Source: a virus (lineage: Duplodnaviria > Heunggongvirae > Uroviricota > Caudoviricetes). From it: a stretch of 7,202 bases of DNA. Shown piece after piece: positions 6,824-7,202 of the stretch. The notes below the pieces were generated by a model. The model was not told the origin of the DNA, did not search any database, and saw only the letters and a program-made list of their open reading frames with translations. The stretch is from the IMG/VR virus record IMGVR_UViG_2706794691_000013. The stretch is one strand, 5' to 3'. A program made the position numbers and the translations under genes. Every line of letters starts with the position of its first letter. Position 1 is the stretch's first letter.

Positions 6824-7202
6824 TGATTTTTGCGCCTTTATTCTGACTCACGGGCGACCGGACAAAGTTCTGACTTACCGGACGTTGCGTCGTGCTGGCT
6901 ATACCGGGAAAATTTTTATCGTTGTTGATGATGAAGATAAGACACGGCATCAGTACATGGCTGAATTTGGTGAACAGGTGCTGGTATTTTCCAAAGCCGA
7001 TATTGCTAGTCGTTTTGACGAAGCCGATAATTTTAGTGACCGCCGCTCAATTTTTTACGCCCGTAATGCCTGTTTCGACCAGGCAAAACTGGTCGGGTGT
7101 AAATACTTCATTCAGCTCGATGATGATTATCACGAGTTCCAGTTTCGGGTGGATCGCAACTATGACCAGGCCTATTTCCCGATAAGGAAACTGGATGAGA
7201 TC
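6816..7202 (+). CDS. Hypothetical protein with GT-A-like glycosyltransferase motifs (partial, continues beyond the window); possibly YdaY-like
   Basis: ATG 6816 with SD GGGGAGGAGGA (6802-6812) overlaps the ParB-like stop by 8 nt (ATGCGTGA). The frame is open to the window end: MRDDFCAFILTHGRPDKVLTYRTLRRAGYTGKIFIVVDDEDKTRHQYMAEFGEQVLVF...KYFIQLDDDYHEFQF. The beta-alpha-beta start with VVDDED and the later acidic LDDDY (DxD-like) motif resemble GT2/GT-A enzymes. Motif-level inference only. Confidence 0.55.
   Translation, partial: MRDDFCAFILTHGRPDKVLTYRTLRRAGYTGKIFIVVDDEDKTRHQYMAEFGEQVLVFSKADIASRFDEADNFSDRRSIFYARNACFDQAKLVGCKYFIQLDDDYHEFQFRVDRNYDQAYFPIRKLDEI

Larger units (their letters stand above)
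1..7202 (+). mobile_element. Lambdoid (Rac-like) prophage late region: Q - moron - lysis cassette - trkG - ParB-like
   Basis: Co-linear + strand order of Q antiterminator, holin/SAR endolysin/Rz/Rz1 and the Rac hallmark cargo gene trkG followed by a ynaK-like gene; overlapping start/stop codons typical of phage operons. Confidence 0.75.

Noticed and set aside
6892-7185. 97-aa + ORF in a different frame from the GT-A-like gene
   Set aside because: The overlapping frame starting at ATG 6816 has a strong SD, stop-start coupling with the upstream gene and structured motifs; this ORF has none of these.

Overview
This window reads as the late-gene segment (Q antiterminator to the start of the packaging region) of a lambdoid, Rac-like prophage from an E. 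coli-like enterobacterium. All credible genes are on the + strand. In order: the 3' end of an upstream gene; a Q-family antiterminator whose N-terminal and C-terminal parts lie in different frames (apparent frameshift); two intrinsic terminators; a moron-like insert with its own sigma70-like promoter encoding two tandem paralogous lipoproteins whose C-terminal domains resemble TolA domain III; a phage-21-type lysis cassette (dual-start pinholin, SAR endolysin, Rz with embedded Rz1); the K+ transporter gene trkG (N-terminal part masked); a ParB-like nuclease-domain protein (YnaK-like) overlapping by 8 nt a protein with glycosyltransferase-like motifs that runs off the window end. The most interesting candidate is the TolA-domain-III lipoprotein pair. 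Four N-masked blocks (1284-1533, 2610-2865, 2957-3206, 4242-5044) hide parts of several genes, so calls adjacent to them are partly inferred. All homology statements are from reading the translations and recalling known proteins; no database search was run.
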